Shown: positions 48,064-61,484, counted from the stretch's first letter. The stretch: 64,000 nt of DNA from Lophium mytilinum (GCA_010093605.1 MU004181.1:930001-994000), one strand, 5' to 3'. Notes: generated from the letters alone by a model not told the origin. A program made the numbers and translations.

Positions 48064-51000
48064 CTACGAGCCCGAAAACCCCAAGCAGTCCAACGCTGCC
48101 TCAAACTCGGCCGCCACTCGCTCCTCAAGCACATTTTCCGCTCCGTCCCTCTGACTCGACATCCCAGCAAGCGCCACCTCTCGTTCATTCGTCGGCGCAA
48201 TACGGTCTCGCAGTCCACGCCGCCCTGCCATCCATTCCTCAATGTCCTCCTTCACAATGGCCTTGTCCCAATCTAATTCCGGAACATCGGATGCGATGAT
48301 GCCGACGGTTGCCGCCGACTCACGAAGTTGGTCAAGCACAAGCGTGATGAGGGCGAGTGAGTGGGCTTCAGACGCCATGCCAAGCGTGATGCGGCCTGCG
48401 TTCGGATTTGCGGCTGTCGGGACGTTGCGGGAGTTGAGGCAAGCGGAGGCGCGCGCGAGTTGAGTAGGGAATTGGTTCAAGAAAGTTGCGACCTCGGCAG
48501 CGATGGGGGCGCCGACAGCGTCGAGGAGGTTAAGACAAAGGGGAAGGATCCCGCGGGCCCATATAGAGAAGAGGCGAGGCGGGTCGTCAAAGGGGCCCAT
48601 ACCGTAGGGACGGCGGTAGTAGTTTATGACGTTGGCGGCGTTAAGACGGGAGAGTACGCCATCCACAGCGAGGTTCTCAGCCATGATGGGCATGCTGGAA
48701 AGCTCAAGGAGAAAGAGAATGCTGAGCTCGCCGTAGATGGGGTCGCGGTCTTTTGCGAGTTGGTCGGACCACGAGAAGAGGCTTGTGGCGTAGCGACTAG
48801 TATTGTGGTTTTGGAAGAGGAGCGCAGCTTCAGACTGGTGTAGACGCATCTCAGGTAAGCCCAGTATTGTCTGGAGGAGGCCTGTGAGGAGAACGAAATC
48901 GGAAGGCGAGCAGCTATCTTTGTCTTCGTGGAGCTGGTTTGCTAGACCATGGAAGCCTTTGGCTACTGATTCTGCAAGGATTTCAAGCAGGGTCAGAGGA
49001 ACATCGTTTACGAGCGCGTTGTGGTGCCTTTTTCCCGTGCGAGCGAGCGATTTTCGTAAATCGGTTATCTCGGGAGATGCAGAAGTCGGAAGGAGGAACC
49101 GCAAGGATAGGAAGAGGACCCTGAGAAGAGAGCGGTAGTAATCGGATTGCTTGTCGACAAGAGCGGTCTCGAAATTAGGTCTCATGGATGTGACGGCCGC
49201 CCAGACAGTGATGAAAAGCTTTCTAGCGGCTTCGTCTTGGACTTTTGCGTTTGCTAGCTTCTGGATGAGCACAAAAGCGAACTCCACCCTCTGTGTCATC
49301 AAGCGGCCAAATAATTGCTCGGGTAGGGAGGAATCGGCGTTAGCTAGTAGGCAGTCACGGGCGACCGTGATTAGAGTTCGCTCCAGTCGAGTGTCCTTTG
49401 CGACGAGGTTGCTCAGTTCAGATGCAAGGAGTTTCCAGCCTTTGAGCAGCAAAATCTGGGACTCGACAAGACTAAGATTAGCATTTGCCGTACGGAACTC
49501 AGCTTCATAGCCGTTTCTCCAAGAAGGGTCGAATCCAAGAAGTTTTTCGGCGAATGAAACGTCGTAAAAGAAGTCTCGGCCTAACTGAGATGATATAAGC
49601 TCTGTCTTCTTGAAGCATACCAGGTACACTCCAGTTCCTTTGAACTTTTCCTTCAAATTGTTCTTCAAATTGGCATGCAATGAGGCATTGTATGCAGGTA
49701 TCGACACTCCGCAGTTTTCCAAGTATCCTAAGCTTGCTACTATGTTTCCTAGCAATGAAAAGTCTCCTAATTGTCGGGCAATGTGGAGGTACATAGCCAA
49801 GAATTCCGTTATGAGAGCCGCGATCTTGTTTTCATTGCTCTTCTCGATGATGCGTATCTCGGTTTCGTTCCTGATCTCCTGGGTTCTGAGTGTTTTCAAG
49901 AACGCCAGAAGCCCAGGGACGATCGTTTGATGACTCCGGAGGCTGCTCATCGCCCACGGCCAGGTATTTTGAGCTAGTATAACGAATTCGAGCATGGCGA
50001 TCGTTCGTTGAGGGTTTGAAACGTCAACTTTGGAAAGTTCATCGAGCGCGAGTGTAAACAGAGCTTTACTGCGAGTGTTCGATGCAGCATTCCCCTCGTG
50101 TTTCAGTGATTCCTTAGGCGTATTACCGGTGAGTAAGTAAATCGCAAGCCATTGCTGTTTGCAACTGACAACGGCCGAGAGCAGCCTCCAGATATCAATC
50201 TCAACCGCGGCTGATTTGAAAGGTTGGTCTAACGTTGAAACGATTTGTAGAAAGCATTTCGCAGTTCCAGGGCCGAGGTGACCCAATAGTGAGGGCGGTT
50301 CTCCATCGGATCGAGCAGCGCTCCGCACTAAGCTTTCAAGCAGAATTACGACTGGAGATCTATACGCTTCATCGATGGCGTAAAGTCGGGCTAGAAGTGG
50401 TGCTGCTTTGAATAGTTGATGCTCGAAGTGAGTCCCTGTTCTTCCAAGCTGCATCCCGATGCGAATTAAAGTATCCGAAAATTGAAGCGCTGAACGGGTT
50501 TGTCGGGTCCATGTTTGATTGGATTTGGTCAATATCGATGTAGGCTGGATGTCAGACATAGCAATAAACACACCGATGATGGGATTCGTCGGCAGATCGT
50601 TCTTAGAGGTTGACAAAAACAGATCGACGAGATACTCTGCGATCGGTTCCAAAACTACAACTAGCTTCTGCAAAAACTTTTTGTCGTTGTATGGAGGTTT
50701 CTCTTCTTCGACGTCCGAAAGCTTGTCGTCGTTATCGAGCCCATAGACGTACTTGAGAATAGTATCAAAAGCATCACTTAGCAGTATGTTGATCCCAAGT
50801 TTCTGGTCGATTTGGGTATACCTCCAGCTTGAGGCGCCTTCGAAAATGCCGGTTAACGTCCTCCCGAATATCAAAAGCGTACTGCTCATGCTCTTTTCGG
50901 AGGTTCCACTGATGGCTGGAGCTGATCCAAACCTGGTGACAGCCTTCTTGCCCGGCTTGCGCTTGACACATTGTGTTACAGCGTCTTCAATCAAGGCCTG

Positions 51001-53782
51001 GAACAATCGAATAGAACCCAACAAAAAGTCGTAGTGCCCAAGGACTATTTCGGAACCAACTAAAATTTTGGCCAAGCTACCACCAGTGGTACCGACTTCC
51101 AAGAGACGACTCCGAGCAAGCCAAGGCCAGACGCGATCAGGTGAGATTGAAACCATAGCGTGTATGAAGTGTGTACAGTTGACAAGTAGGTCCAGAGAGC
51201 CCTCGACGCCAGGTTGCTCGCACTGATGTTGTAGTTCTTGTTCGAAAATAGCGAATACGACACTGACAGTGTCTTCCGTTCGATCTGATTTTATGTTAAG
51301 GTGCTCGAGTAGTGCCTCCGAGAGCTCCTCGCCATCGCTACTCGTCTCAGCTGCTTTAATTGAGCAGTCAAGAAGGTCAGCAAAGAGACCGATGATTTCA
51401 GACGCATTGTCCAAAGAAGTGCGATCCTCAGTAGCATGTTCAACGTAGCCAGTGCCGGTCATGAATGTCGAAAGCAGGACTGCTAGGTATTTCAAAGCAG
51501 AGTGACGGTATTGCCAACTCGCAACAAAAGGCTGTACGCTGTTGTCGACAACTTGTCCTGCTGTACCTTGCGGAATGTACATCTCATCCTCGAACTGCAC
51601 ATGATTCTGGGGTTGATTGGACGCTGTTATTCGCCTCTGCTTCGTCCTGATTTTTTGAAACAGGGGGAGGTCTGACTTGAGGGCGATCCAATTTTCGTTT
51701 AGTTCTTCTCTGATAGATTCGTAATCATCGAAATGTTTTCGCATGGACTGCGAGAAATTCGTCACATTGGTGAGAAGTTCGCCAATTATGTCCTGTTTTA
51801 GTGTATCTCCTTGAAGGCTCTGAGCAATGACACTGCAGAATTTCATGAGGGGGACAGTCTCGTATGGATAGCGATACTGTGATTCTAGGATCAAGCTGGG
51901 AGACAAAACGTCAATGTCAGATAGGACGTAATCGACAATTGGATCACGTCGAGTGTCTGGGTTGCTTTCCAGCCAATCCCAGGAGCTTTGTCGAGGGGAC
52001 ATGATAGCCAAGGTGGCCCAGATGACATCAGGTGAGTACCTCACCAGCTTCAATCCTAAGCAGGCACGGAAGAGGTCCAGCAAAGTCTTTCGCTGTCGGT
52101 CAGCGGTTAAGATGTCGGTCCTCGTGCCAAATGTGGAGGTAACCATCTGAGCAAGTTCGGCGACTAGTGAGCAGACGCCAGTATTTGCGGCGTATTCGGC
52201 AAGACTTTGTGTGGTTGGGCTCTCGTCGGGATTTTCTCTGTCGTCAATGGCACTCCCGGCGTCCTCGAGTGGACTTGTCCCACTCGAGAGATCCACTCCA
52301 TCAGTTGCAATTCGGTTCTCGCGCTCAAAGACGATATCGCTGACAAGACATCGTAACGCAAATCCCAGGGTACCCCATGCTAAAATGACTGGACTCGCAG
52401 GACTTGGAAGCTCGGTGGTTCTGAAGATACCGCTTAGTTCACGAAGGCACCCTGGCTGTGAGATGTACGCGGAGCTTCCATCAAGACCGAATCTCTCTGA
52501 CTCTAGGTGTTCGAGGGCCTGAGGTATCTTAAGGATAGCTAAAGAGATCGTCGCGACGAACAATTGCATGAGAGGGACTAATGATATCTGACCGGGTAGA
52601 TTCTGCTCCCGACGTTAGCAAAACGCAGACACGTACTGGAGGTGGCGCTTACAAAGGGTATTTGGGCGAAGAAGCTCCATTTATCCATGAACTTGAACCA
52701 TTTAAGAGCTGCGTCGCCGGTTGGTAGATTCTCCGTGAAAATGTCGACGTGGGTGAACAATAGATGAAGGATATGGACAATCTCGACGACCTGATAGGTA
52801 TTCCAGGTTTCCTCCGCGGGCGACTGTATGGACTCTGGGATCTGCCATCCGGAACCTTGCTCCATAGCTTCCAAACGAGATTGGACAGCATCAATGTATG
52901 CAAAGAGGGGGTCCTGCTGAGGCGATGCGCTCTCGCGCGCTTTCCGCTGTAGCTGCAAGATTGTTTCGCCAACCTCTTCAACCCATGTTCTCTTAGAAGT
53001 ACTCTTTCCCCCGCCAGACCTCTGCTGTGTAGTCTTGATGGAACGCAAGTCTTCCGGAGCCGCTCTGCATATTAGGATTTGGCTGACACGCAGTATATGT
53101 GCTTTCTCGGAAACATGAAGGTCTAGGAGTCGTAATTGTCGTTGCTCGCGTGAGTTGAATAGGGATGTTGATTGCGCGGTCGCTCCAACCGGTGCAGCGA
53201 GAATCGAGGAATTGGCCCAGAATGTGGAGGCTCCCAGGTTGGATGATCCGGCAGCATCTTGCACGCTAATTGTCTCTTCTTCGGTGAAGCCGTTCAGCAG
53301 CTGTAATGTCGGTCGAATTTGCCATTCCAGAACGACTGTTCTCAGCGCTGAAACCTCATCGATCTTTGCGACACCCGACAGCCACAAAGCATCTTCCTTG
53401 ATCTCGTCAATGTTGTAGTGTCCATTGGGAGAGGGGGTCACGTTGATGGCAGCGGTTTCGGTTTCGAATTTGCCCTTGGCGCCTGGAGAGGGACCTTTGT
53501 AAGGTGCTAATGGATGGCTGAGGATGAGAACGCTGGTCCTGTCGGTGAGGAACGACCGGAGGACTTGGTTTTGGGCGGCATTTCCTGGGTCGCAGAGCGC
53601 ATTTCCTGGGTCGCAGAGGGCGGCGTATACGGCTTTCCAGGATCTGGCGCAGTTAGCACACTGGTCGGTTCGAAAGGTTGAAGCTATCCATAAACAGCGG
53701 GCTCCTACAGCAGATGCTTCTCCCCACTGAAGCATTCAGCCAGCGAAGGAAAGAAGACGTCCGGGGTCTCGATGGGAGCCAT
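48064..53782 (-). CDS. NUP188: Nucleoporin Nup188
   Basis: MAPIETPDVFFPSLAECFSGEKHLL|SWK; IKEDALWLS..IDEVSALRTVVLEWQ; ~1860-aa helical protein over three exons; IWARGILPLCLNLL near the C-terminus. Confidence 0.88.
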
Positions 53783-54340
53783 GGCGCGCTTCGATGCGCT
53801 ATGAAGCCAAGCGGGACAGTTCCATAGAAGAGGCGCGCGAGGTGTTGGTGGAGCTCTAGGTACCAGGCGTGTTTGAGCTGGGGGGACTTTTGGTTGTCGC
53901 GTAGGCAAGGCCTTGTCACGTACCTGGCGCTCGGACCACGTTGAGCGGGTGGTGAAATGCTCGATGGCTCACCACCTTATGGCACTTCCTCCCCCGCTTG
54001 CTGTCTGATGTGCTTTGCTACAGTCTCATATGAAATGCCACATTCACCAGCGCGAGATCCATGTTTTCTTTCTTCTTTTGGGAGGCTACTCGTTGCTTCG
54101 GAAGTCTTTCAAGATCAGCGTAGCCTTTACCTATTGCTTTCCGCTAGTGATTATGTAGTCCACCGCTCCTCTGATACGATCCTATAAGGGATCGTATAGG
54201 AATGTAATCGACACCGAGCTGTGTTCCTAATGGAGCTTGCAATTCGCGGGGCAGGTACACTCTAGCGCGAGATGGGTCTCCAGACCGCCGTATATAATTT
54301 ATATTTCCTTGTCCTCCCGCAACTTCAACTATTTCTTCCG

Positions 54341-54347
54341 TGACTCA
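54341..54347 (+). promoter_or_regulatory. Gcn4/CpcA response element (TGACTCA) upstream of trpC
   Basis: Perfect TGACTCA about 110 bp upstream of the ATG of an amino-acid biosynthesis gene. Function is inferred only. Confidence 0.5.
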
Positions 54348-54457
54348 CACTCCAGCACTTCGTCCCTTAAACCAAGCGTCAATTGTCCTCCACAAGCGCT
54401 CTCTCGATTGTCTGCGCCAGATCATACACTGCTCCCAATTCTAGGCTTGCCGTCGAG

Positions 54458-56831
54458 ATGGGGCTTGACCTCATCGACCACTCGCCCCACCATCCCTCCC
54501 CTTCCGCCCCGTTGTCGACCGCCTCGAACCTGATCCTCATCGACAACTACGATTCCTTCACCTGGAATGTCTATCAATACCTAGTGCTGGAGGGAGCTTT
54601 CGTTACCGTCTTTCGCAACGATGAGGTCACGTTGGAGGATCTAATCGCGAAGCACCCCACGCAGCTAGTCATTAGTCCTGGGCCGGGACACCCAGAGACA
54701 GACGCGGGAATCAGTAAAGAAGCTATCCAGCACTTCAGTGGCAAGATACCGGTCCTTGGTGTTTGTATGGGCGAGTGAGTCATGCTTCATAGACTAATGC
54801 TCCATAAGCTTACGGGCAAACAGGCAATGCATATACGCCGCTTTTGGAGGAACGGTAGACGTTACCGGCGAGATACTACACGGGAAAACATCGCCACTGC
54901 GCCATGATTGCAAAGGCCTGTACGCTGGTCTGCCCCAGGACCTGCCAGTCACCAGATATCATTCGTTAGCCGGCACGCACCCTACGCTTCCGGAATGTCT
55001 CGAAGTCACCTCTTGGATTGCGTCGGGTCCAGACGGAGGAAAGGGGGTCATAATGGGAGTTCGACATAAGGAGTATCTTGTTGAAGGTGTCCAATTCCAT
55101 CCGGAGAGCATTCTGACCGCAGAGGGCCGAGCCATGCTCAAGAATTTCCTACGGATGCAAGGAGGAACCTGGGCGGAGAATGAGCGACTGTCGAAACAAA
55201 CGCACAATGAGCTCAAGGGTGCGATATCGAGTGTTTCGAATGGCACTGCCAATGGCGCTACCGCGGCGGACAAGCAAACCTCTATCCTCCAGAAAATATA
55301 TGACCACCGGAGGGCTGCTGTAGCAGAGCAGAAGAAGGTTCCTTCGCAAAGGCCAAGTGACTTCCAGGCGTCGTATGACCTGAATCTTTCCCCGCCACAG
55401 ATTTCATTCCCATCGAGGCTAAAAGAGTCCCCATACCAACTGTCCTTAATGGCAGAGATTAAGCGCGCATCCCCGTCGAAAGGTGTCATCTCCTTGTCGG
55501 CATGCGCCCCGGCGCAAGCTCGCGCTTACGCCCTTGCTGGAGCCAGTGTTATCTCAGTCCTCACGGAACCAGAATGGTTCAAAGGAAGCATTGACGATCT
55601 CAAAGCTGTTCGGCAAAGCTTGGAAGGAATGCCTAACCGACCTGCCGTCCTGCGGAAAGAGTTCATATTTGAAGAGTACCAAATCCTCGAGGCTAGACTT
55701 GCCGGTGCTGACACCGTCCTGCTCATCGTAAAAATGCTTGACTTAGCGACCCTCGAACAACTCTACAAATATTCGCTGTCACTTGGTATGGAGCCCCTGG
55801 TTGAGGTGAATAATGTGGAAGAGATGCGCATCGCCGTAGAACTGGGTTCGAAAGTCATCGGTGTCAACAACCGCAATCTCATCAATTTTGAAGTCGACAT
55901 GGACACAACTAGTCGTCTGATGGAGCTAGTGCCTACAGACACAATTGTATGTGCGCTAAGTGGCATCTCCGGTCCAAAAGACGTCGAGCCGTACACAAAA
56001 AATGGTGTCGGGGCTGTGCTAGTCGGCGAGGCTTTGATGCGAGCATCGAACACCACTCAGTTCATTTCAGAGCTCCTAGGTGGCTCTGAGAAACCGATTC
56101 GCACTCCATCACATGCAAGCCCACTTGTAAAGATATGCGGTACTCGTAGTGCAGAAGCAGCCGAGGCCGCAATCAAAGCTGGTGCTGATCTGATTGGCAT
56201 GATTCTTGTCAAAGGCCGAGCAAGAACAGTAACCACGGAGACCGCACTCGCGATCTCGAAAGTTGTCCACTCGACTAAGAAACCGATATCTCGAACAGAA
56301 CAACCATCAATTGCAAGCAACGTTGCGTCTAACTACTTTGATCATACTCCGTCTCATCACCTCTCAAACCCGGAGCATGCTCTCCTTGTTGGCGTATTCC
56401 GGAATCAACCTCTTGAATACGTACTAGCCCAGCAGCAAGCACTTAACTTGGACGTCGTGCAGCTACACGGTTCCGAGCCTGTCGAATGGGCGAAGTTGGT
56501 ACCCGTGCCAGTCATTCGAAGTTTCAAACCGAATGAGGAGGGGCTTGGTCTAAGAGGCTACCATGCACTTCCACTGCTGGACTCTGGAATTGGAGGTACT
56601 GGTAAGACACTTGACCTTGCTGATGTGAAGGAAACTCTGTCAAAAGACCAGGGTATCAAGGTCATCTTAGCAGGTGGACTTGACCCTAACAACGTACAAG
56701 ACATCCTGAAAGCGCTTGGAGACTTGAGAGATCGAATTAAGGCAGTCGATGTAAGTACCGGCGTTGAGGAAGACGGGAAGCAGAGCCTCGATAAGATTAG
56801 AGCATTCATCAGTGCCGCGAAGACAGGATGA
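54458..56831 (+). CDS. trpC: Multifunctional tryptophan biosynthesis protein (anthranilate synthase component II + IGP synthase + PRA isomerase)
   Basis: [68 protein letters not shown]; one intron 54775-54823. Confidence 0.98.
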
Positions 56832-57596
56832 TGGAACCCCCTCTTGATAAACAAGCTACAAAAAGCCTACCTAAACTCCCAGCGATGCTCCAACTTGCTT
56901 TTTAGCGTATGGCATTTAGATCAATAGACAGTAAGCCTCGGAGGATAATCAAACTGATGCAGTTTATGCCGCCTTCTATCTAATGCTCTGAAAAAGTCTT
57001 CAGTGCTTTTGCTCAGAGTAAAGCTCCGCCTTCATAAGATCAAAATATCTATATCCTCTTTCCCTATTCAACTCACTCCTCACTTACTACGTGCTCTGAA
57101 CTGGCGGTGTAGCTTGTCTTCAACTTCGCTCTGGTAAGCTTCACATACTCTCCTCAATCCTCCACCTCACCCTTTTACTTGCTTTGCATCCATCCACCTT
57201 TCTCATACCAGCTGTTATTTAACAACCTTGAAAAAGTATACGAGATTTAAGGGTACGACTCTATAACCATCAAATCTCGTAGACCTCTCCGTCCGGACCA
57301 CAGTTGGTTACCAAGCTTCCTTGTCGACTACTACAACTCGACCACTTCTACGGCTCCGTTCTCCTAGTTGCCACCTCAGCCAGCAACCTCATCTAGGTAC
57401 GATTGCAGTTGCCTACATCTCTGCGTTCTCGTTGAGGCGACGTCGGACCTCGTCGCCTCCGTCATCTCCTTCAGCACCCTCGCAGGCCTCCCAATCCACT
57501 ATCTTCACCTAGACAACTCGCTTCCGTGGCCATAAGGTGTCGACCTACCAAGCGAGCCTACCAAACTCCTTCGTCTTTTAGAGAAGCACGGTCACG

Positions 57597-58843
57597 ATGA
57601 AGGACCCGCTTGGCAAGTTCGTTATCGCTGTTACCGGAAACTTCAATGATAGCAACGAGAAAATCAAAGGCTGGGTTCAAGCGAATGGAGGAAAATGGGC
57701 GGCCACTATTACCAAGCATACCACCCACCTGATCTGCTCAGAGGAGCATTGGAAGAGAGACGTTCAGCTGGGTATGTGGTCCATCCTCGCCTAACTACAA
57801 TCTAGTGCAAAGATGACTGATCCCGAATTAGTTGCTGCCGCGAAGGCCTACCCCAATATCCATGTCGTGAAGTACGATTGGCTCGAAGACAGCCTTCAAG
57901 CCCGACGCCCGAAGAGCGAGAAGCCTTATCTCTGGAAGACTATCATGAGGGCGAAGCTGAAGGAGCAGAATCGGAAGAGAGCCGAGATGCGCAGGGCGCT
58001 GAAGCAAGACGGTAAGTGTCACTACATTCATCTAAAGGACCACCAACCACTGACACCCCCATAGCCGCCGCACACCGCCAGGGCTGCAATCAGGCGCTAA
58101 AGGACCTGAACTCTGGTACGTCCAAGCGCAAAGCCAAGAACTCAAACACATGGTTCACCTCCTCCCTCGCCTCTCTCGAAGCTGCACGCTCCGACCGTGC
58201 CGCCTACAAAGCCGCTGCTGCCACCCTACCCACCCCCAGCCCTGACAGCCAGCACTCTCCCCACCCCAATGCCCAACCCTCATCCACTACCCCATCCCCT
58301 CCCGCTCCCACCCCCACCCCACCCACTGCCCAGCCTCCTCCCGCCCCCTCTCGGGCCGCTGCAAAGGCTGACAACGGGGTGGCCATGCGCTTCCTAGACC
58401 TCTACCACTTCCACCGCGACCGCACCAACTTCATCTACGACATCGTGCTCGCGCGCATCGACCTCGCCACCAACACTAACTCGCGCTACCTCCTGCGCCT
58501 CTACGAGACCAACACGCTGCCTCACGCGTACTGTACCGTGCTGCGCTACATCACGCCCAACATGCCGGCGGGGCCCGCGAAGCAGTACGTCGCGCCCATG
58601 GGCAGCAGCTTCGAGGTTGCGTTCCGCGCGTGGCGGAGTGTGTTTCAGCAGAAGACGCTGTTGGCGTGGGAGGAGCGGTTGCTGGAGGAGGGGGAGAGGG
58701 CGGAGAGGGTTAGGGCGAGAATGAAGAAGGGGGATTGTCCGTTTTTTTATCGGGCGCCCATGGTGGGGTTGGCGAGGGGGGTGTTTCCCGGGGAGGAGTT
58801 GAGGGGGGAGGTGGGGGGGAAGGGTGTGAGGCTGGAGATTTAG
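57597..58843 (+). CDS. BRCT domain plus WGR-like domain protein
   Basis: BRCT: IAVTGNF..IKGWVQANGG..TTHLICS|..VVKYDWLEDSL. C-terminal YHFHRDRTNFIYDIVLARID..RYLLRLYE...FQQKTLLAWEER. Two introns. Confidence 0.8.
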
Positions 58844-59360
58844 GAAAGTGGTTCTTGGGGGTGAGCTGGAGGTGGAGAGGGGGGAGGGCTCGAAGGTTGG
58901 GAGTTAGGTTGAAGGGGTAGGGGCGGAAGAGATATGGGGATTGGGGTGCTTTTGCCTGTGAGCTATTGCTTCGGAGTGCAGGTTGGGCATTGCGAGTTTG
59001 CGGTATCTTGGGTTATTATTGGAGCTTGGAGCTGCGAGCTCGAGGCTTGGTTTGAGGCTTTAGTCATGAGGGTAATGAGTTGGCGAGCAGAAACATCTGG
59101 CATGCACTCATACGGCATCTTCACAAAATACACATCTTATGAACCATGACAATGCTTGGTGTACTAGCTCAGATTTTTTATGTTGACCGGCTTCTGTCAA
59201 GACTGACACTGCAACATATGGTTGAGCTGAGTGGATATGCCGTGTGCATACGTAGACTGAGGTAGGACTACCCGAAGGTGAGTTTGAAGCATCCTGCCAA
59301 CCCAGACTTTCCGCCTATCTTGCGACCTATCGCTGTGAGAGTTGGACTGAACGGTTTGGT

Positions 59361-60122
59361 TCAGAGAGACTCCTTGTAACAAGGTTTCTCTTCTCGGGTG
59401 TGGTCGTGGAACTTGCATGCGGTGCTGCCAAGGCGTGTCCATCCATGTTGTGGATCTCTGATCTCGAAAGCCGCACGAGAAGATCCGCAGTAAACTCTGA
59501 GGGGACGAAAAACTTTCCAAGCTCCCTGCTTTTATCGGCCTTCAATCGGGTGGCAGCGACTTCCACTACTAACCGCCTCAACGGGGATCCAGCCAGCGTC
59601 TCATTGTATACAATTCCGATGTCCCCCAAGTGAAAGGTAGCGAGCTGCGGTGAGTCATATAGGTGGACAAGCATGTCCATGACGGCGTCCTTGAAGTTTG
59701 TGTCCAAGATGCGCTCTCCAAGGAGCCAACACTTGATGAGACCGGATACCTCCTTCCTGGCTACCTCGTCCCTCTTCTCGAGCGATTCTTCAAGGCCAAT
59801 CTCTCCTGAGGTATGGATTTTGCGAGAATAGATCCAGGAGCAGTAGATTCTGAACTGGTCAGGTGAAGTCTCTGGGAGCGGCACGACACCGTCAACAGAT
59901 TCACGCCAGCCGCCTCGCAGAGCACCAGCGAAGAACCCAGAGCTCTCGCGAAGTAGATTCTCGTGAACGAAGAAGTCTTCAGACTTGTTTGGAGGGCCGA
60001 CCCGGACGATCACGGTCGGAGAACTAAAGCTAAATGGATGTCAGCTATTATGGTCCACCACTCTCTTCATTGTCGACAACGTACTCGAGGACTTTGGAGG
60101 CGGGACGTCGGATATCAGCCAT
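59361..60122 (-). pseudogene. BTB/POZ-domain gene with an apparent 1-nt frameshift near its 3' end (or a sequencing error)
   Basis: Exon 60122-60085, intron 60084-60030; BTB motifs FFVHENLLRESSGFFAGALRGGWRES. The paralog-matching tail CKFHDH..PCYKESL* lies in another frame from ~59466; the unshifted frame ends at 59327. Confidence 0.7.
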
Positions 60123-60318
60123 GTTGAGCTGTCTGAGGGCAGCCAACGCCGTCGGGCCGGAGGTGAAGAGGTTGACGTCGTTGTAGCAGCACAAACGGAA
60201 GTTGTGGATCAAACCATGAAGGTTCGTGTCGTGAATCTGTCAGGACGCGGTGAAGTGATATATGTCTGCGCACGGACCGCCACACGTGAGCGAGCCGGCT
60301 CCGTTAAAGCATGGAATG

Positions 60319-60760
60319 GTCCGACACCGTCTGAGGTGGCCCAGAGAGTTATTAGCCTTGCCAAAGTAGCGTTTCACGGATTTTTCCAATGTGCCAGAGC
60401 ACCCCAGGCGGTGCTAGACAAGTGTACAATGTGGAAGGTTGTAGGGAGTGTGTTACTAGAGGAAGTAGATTACAGAATAAATTATCAGATGGGGAGAGTT
60501 TCCATTCTGTGTTTAAGGGAGCAGGCTGGCATGACTTGGAGACTGGAGCCTATCAGGACTGTGTTGCTCATACTCCTTTCATGCAGTCCGACACTGTCTG
60601 AGGTGGCCTGAAGAGTTACTAGCCTTGTCAAATTAGCGTTTCACGGGATATTCCTGACGTACCAGAGAACCCCAGGCGGTGCTAGGCAAGTGTGGAACAT
60701 GGGAGCTTGTAGGTAGTGTGTTGCTAAGATAAAAGAGATTTTAGAATTAAGCGTCAGAAT
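60319..60760. repeat. Diverged ~170-bp direct repeat (two copies, 267 bp apart)
   Basis: GTCCGACACYGTCTGAGGTGGCC...TAGCGTTTCACGG...ACCCCAGGCGGTGCTAG.CAAGTGT at 60319 and 60586. Confidence 0.85.
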
Positions 60761-61171
60761 CAAAGAGTTGTTCGTTTAGTCCAGCAGGAATGTCCTACTG
60801 GCGCTCGTATGAAACCTAGGGAGATCAGCATCCTAGCTTTAGTAGAATCAAGGCTGACGTTGAATAGAGGCTGTAGCTGGGCAGATCCACAATATTGTCT
60901 GAGTACAGCTCCCCATCTAGATTCTTTTCTTATTGACATCATACCCAAGTAATTAGAGTCGCAACTTCATCTACAAAAGCCCTAGATAGCCTAGATCTGT
61001 AGGCCATTCTATTAAGATGAAATATAAGACCTCAATCAGTCAGGGCTGGACCCTAGAGATGAAAATTAAAAAGACGCTGGTGAAACCGCTCGTGAACCTC
61101 TCCAATATCGAAAAGGCGGTCTGTTAGAGCTGGCGCCCTGACTGAAGGCAGTTCGTAGTGACACAACCATA

Positions 61172-61397
61172 CAGTGACAGGCCACAAGTCTAGGTCCACT
61201 GGTTCACCACTGCATGGGGTACCCCCATAGTGTTCAGAAGTTCTAAGGGCGATGTCGAGGTTCAAGCAGTGTAGATTAGACTGCCTCTTGACTGTTTAGC
61301 TGCTCAGTAGCCAGGCTACCCCCAACAGTGGTGTCTTGTGAGCAAGTTTGAGCCAAGCAATGGTAAATCATGTGCCCAGACCTAAGGCCTAGTACTG
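61172..61397. mobile_element. MITE copy 2 with TA target-site duplication
   Basis: TA|CAGTGACAGGCC...GGCCTAGTACTG|TA; 226 bp; no coding capacity; homologous to 38530-38757. Confidence 0.88.
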
Positions 61398-61484
61398 TAC
61401 TTATCAGTGCGGCACATTTCGGAGGTCATCCGTGATGTCACGTATGCTCTGGCACGAAAGGCCTCCAGTCGCTTCTGATGCCGC

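Noticed and set aside
59985..60611. 208-aa plus-strand ORF
   Set aside because: Overlaps BTB exon 1 antisense and a non-coding direct repeat; non-ATG start and no domain.
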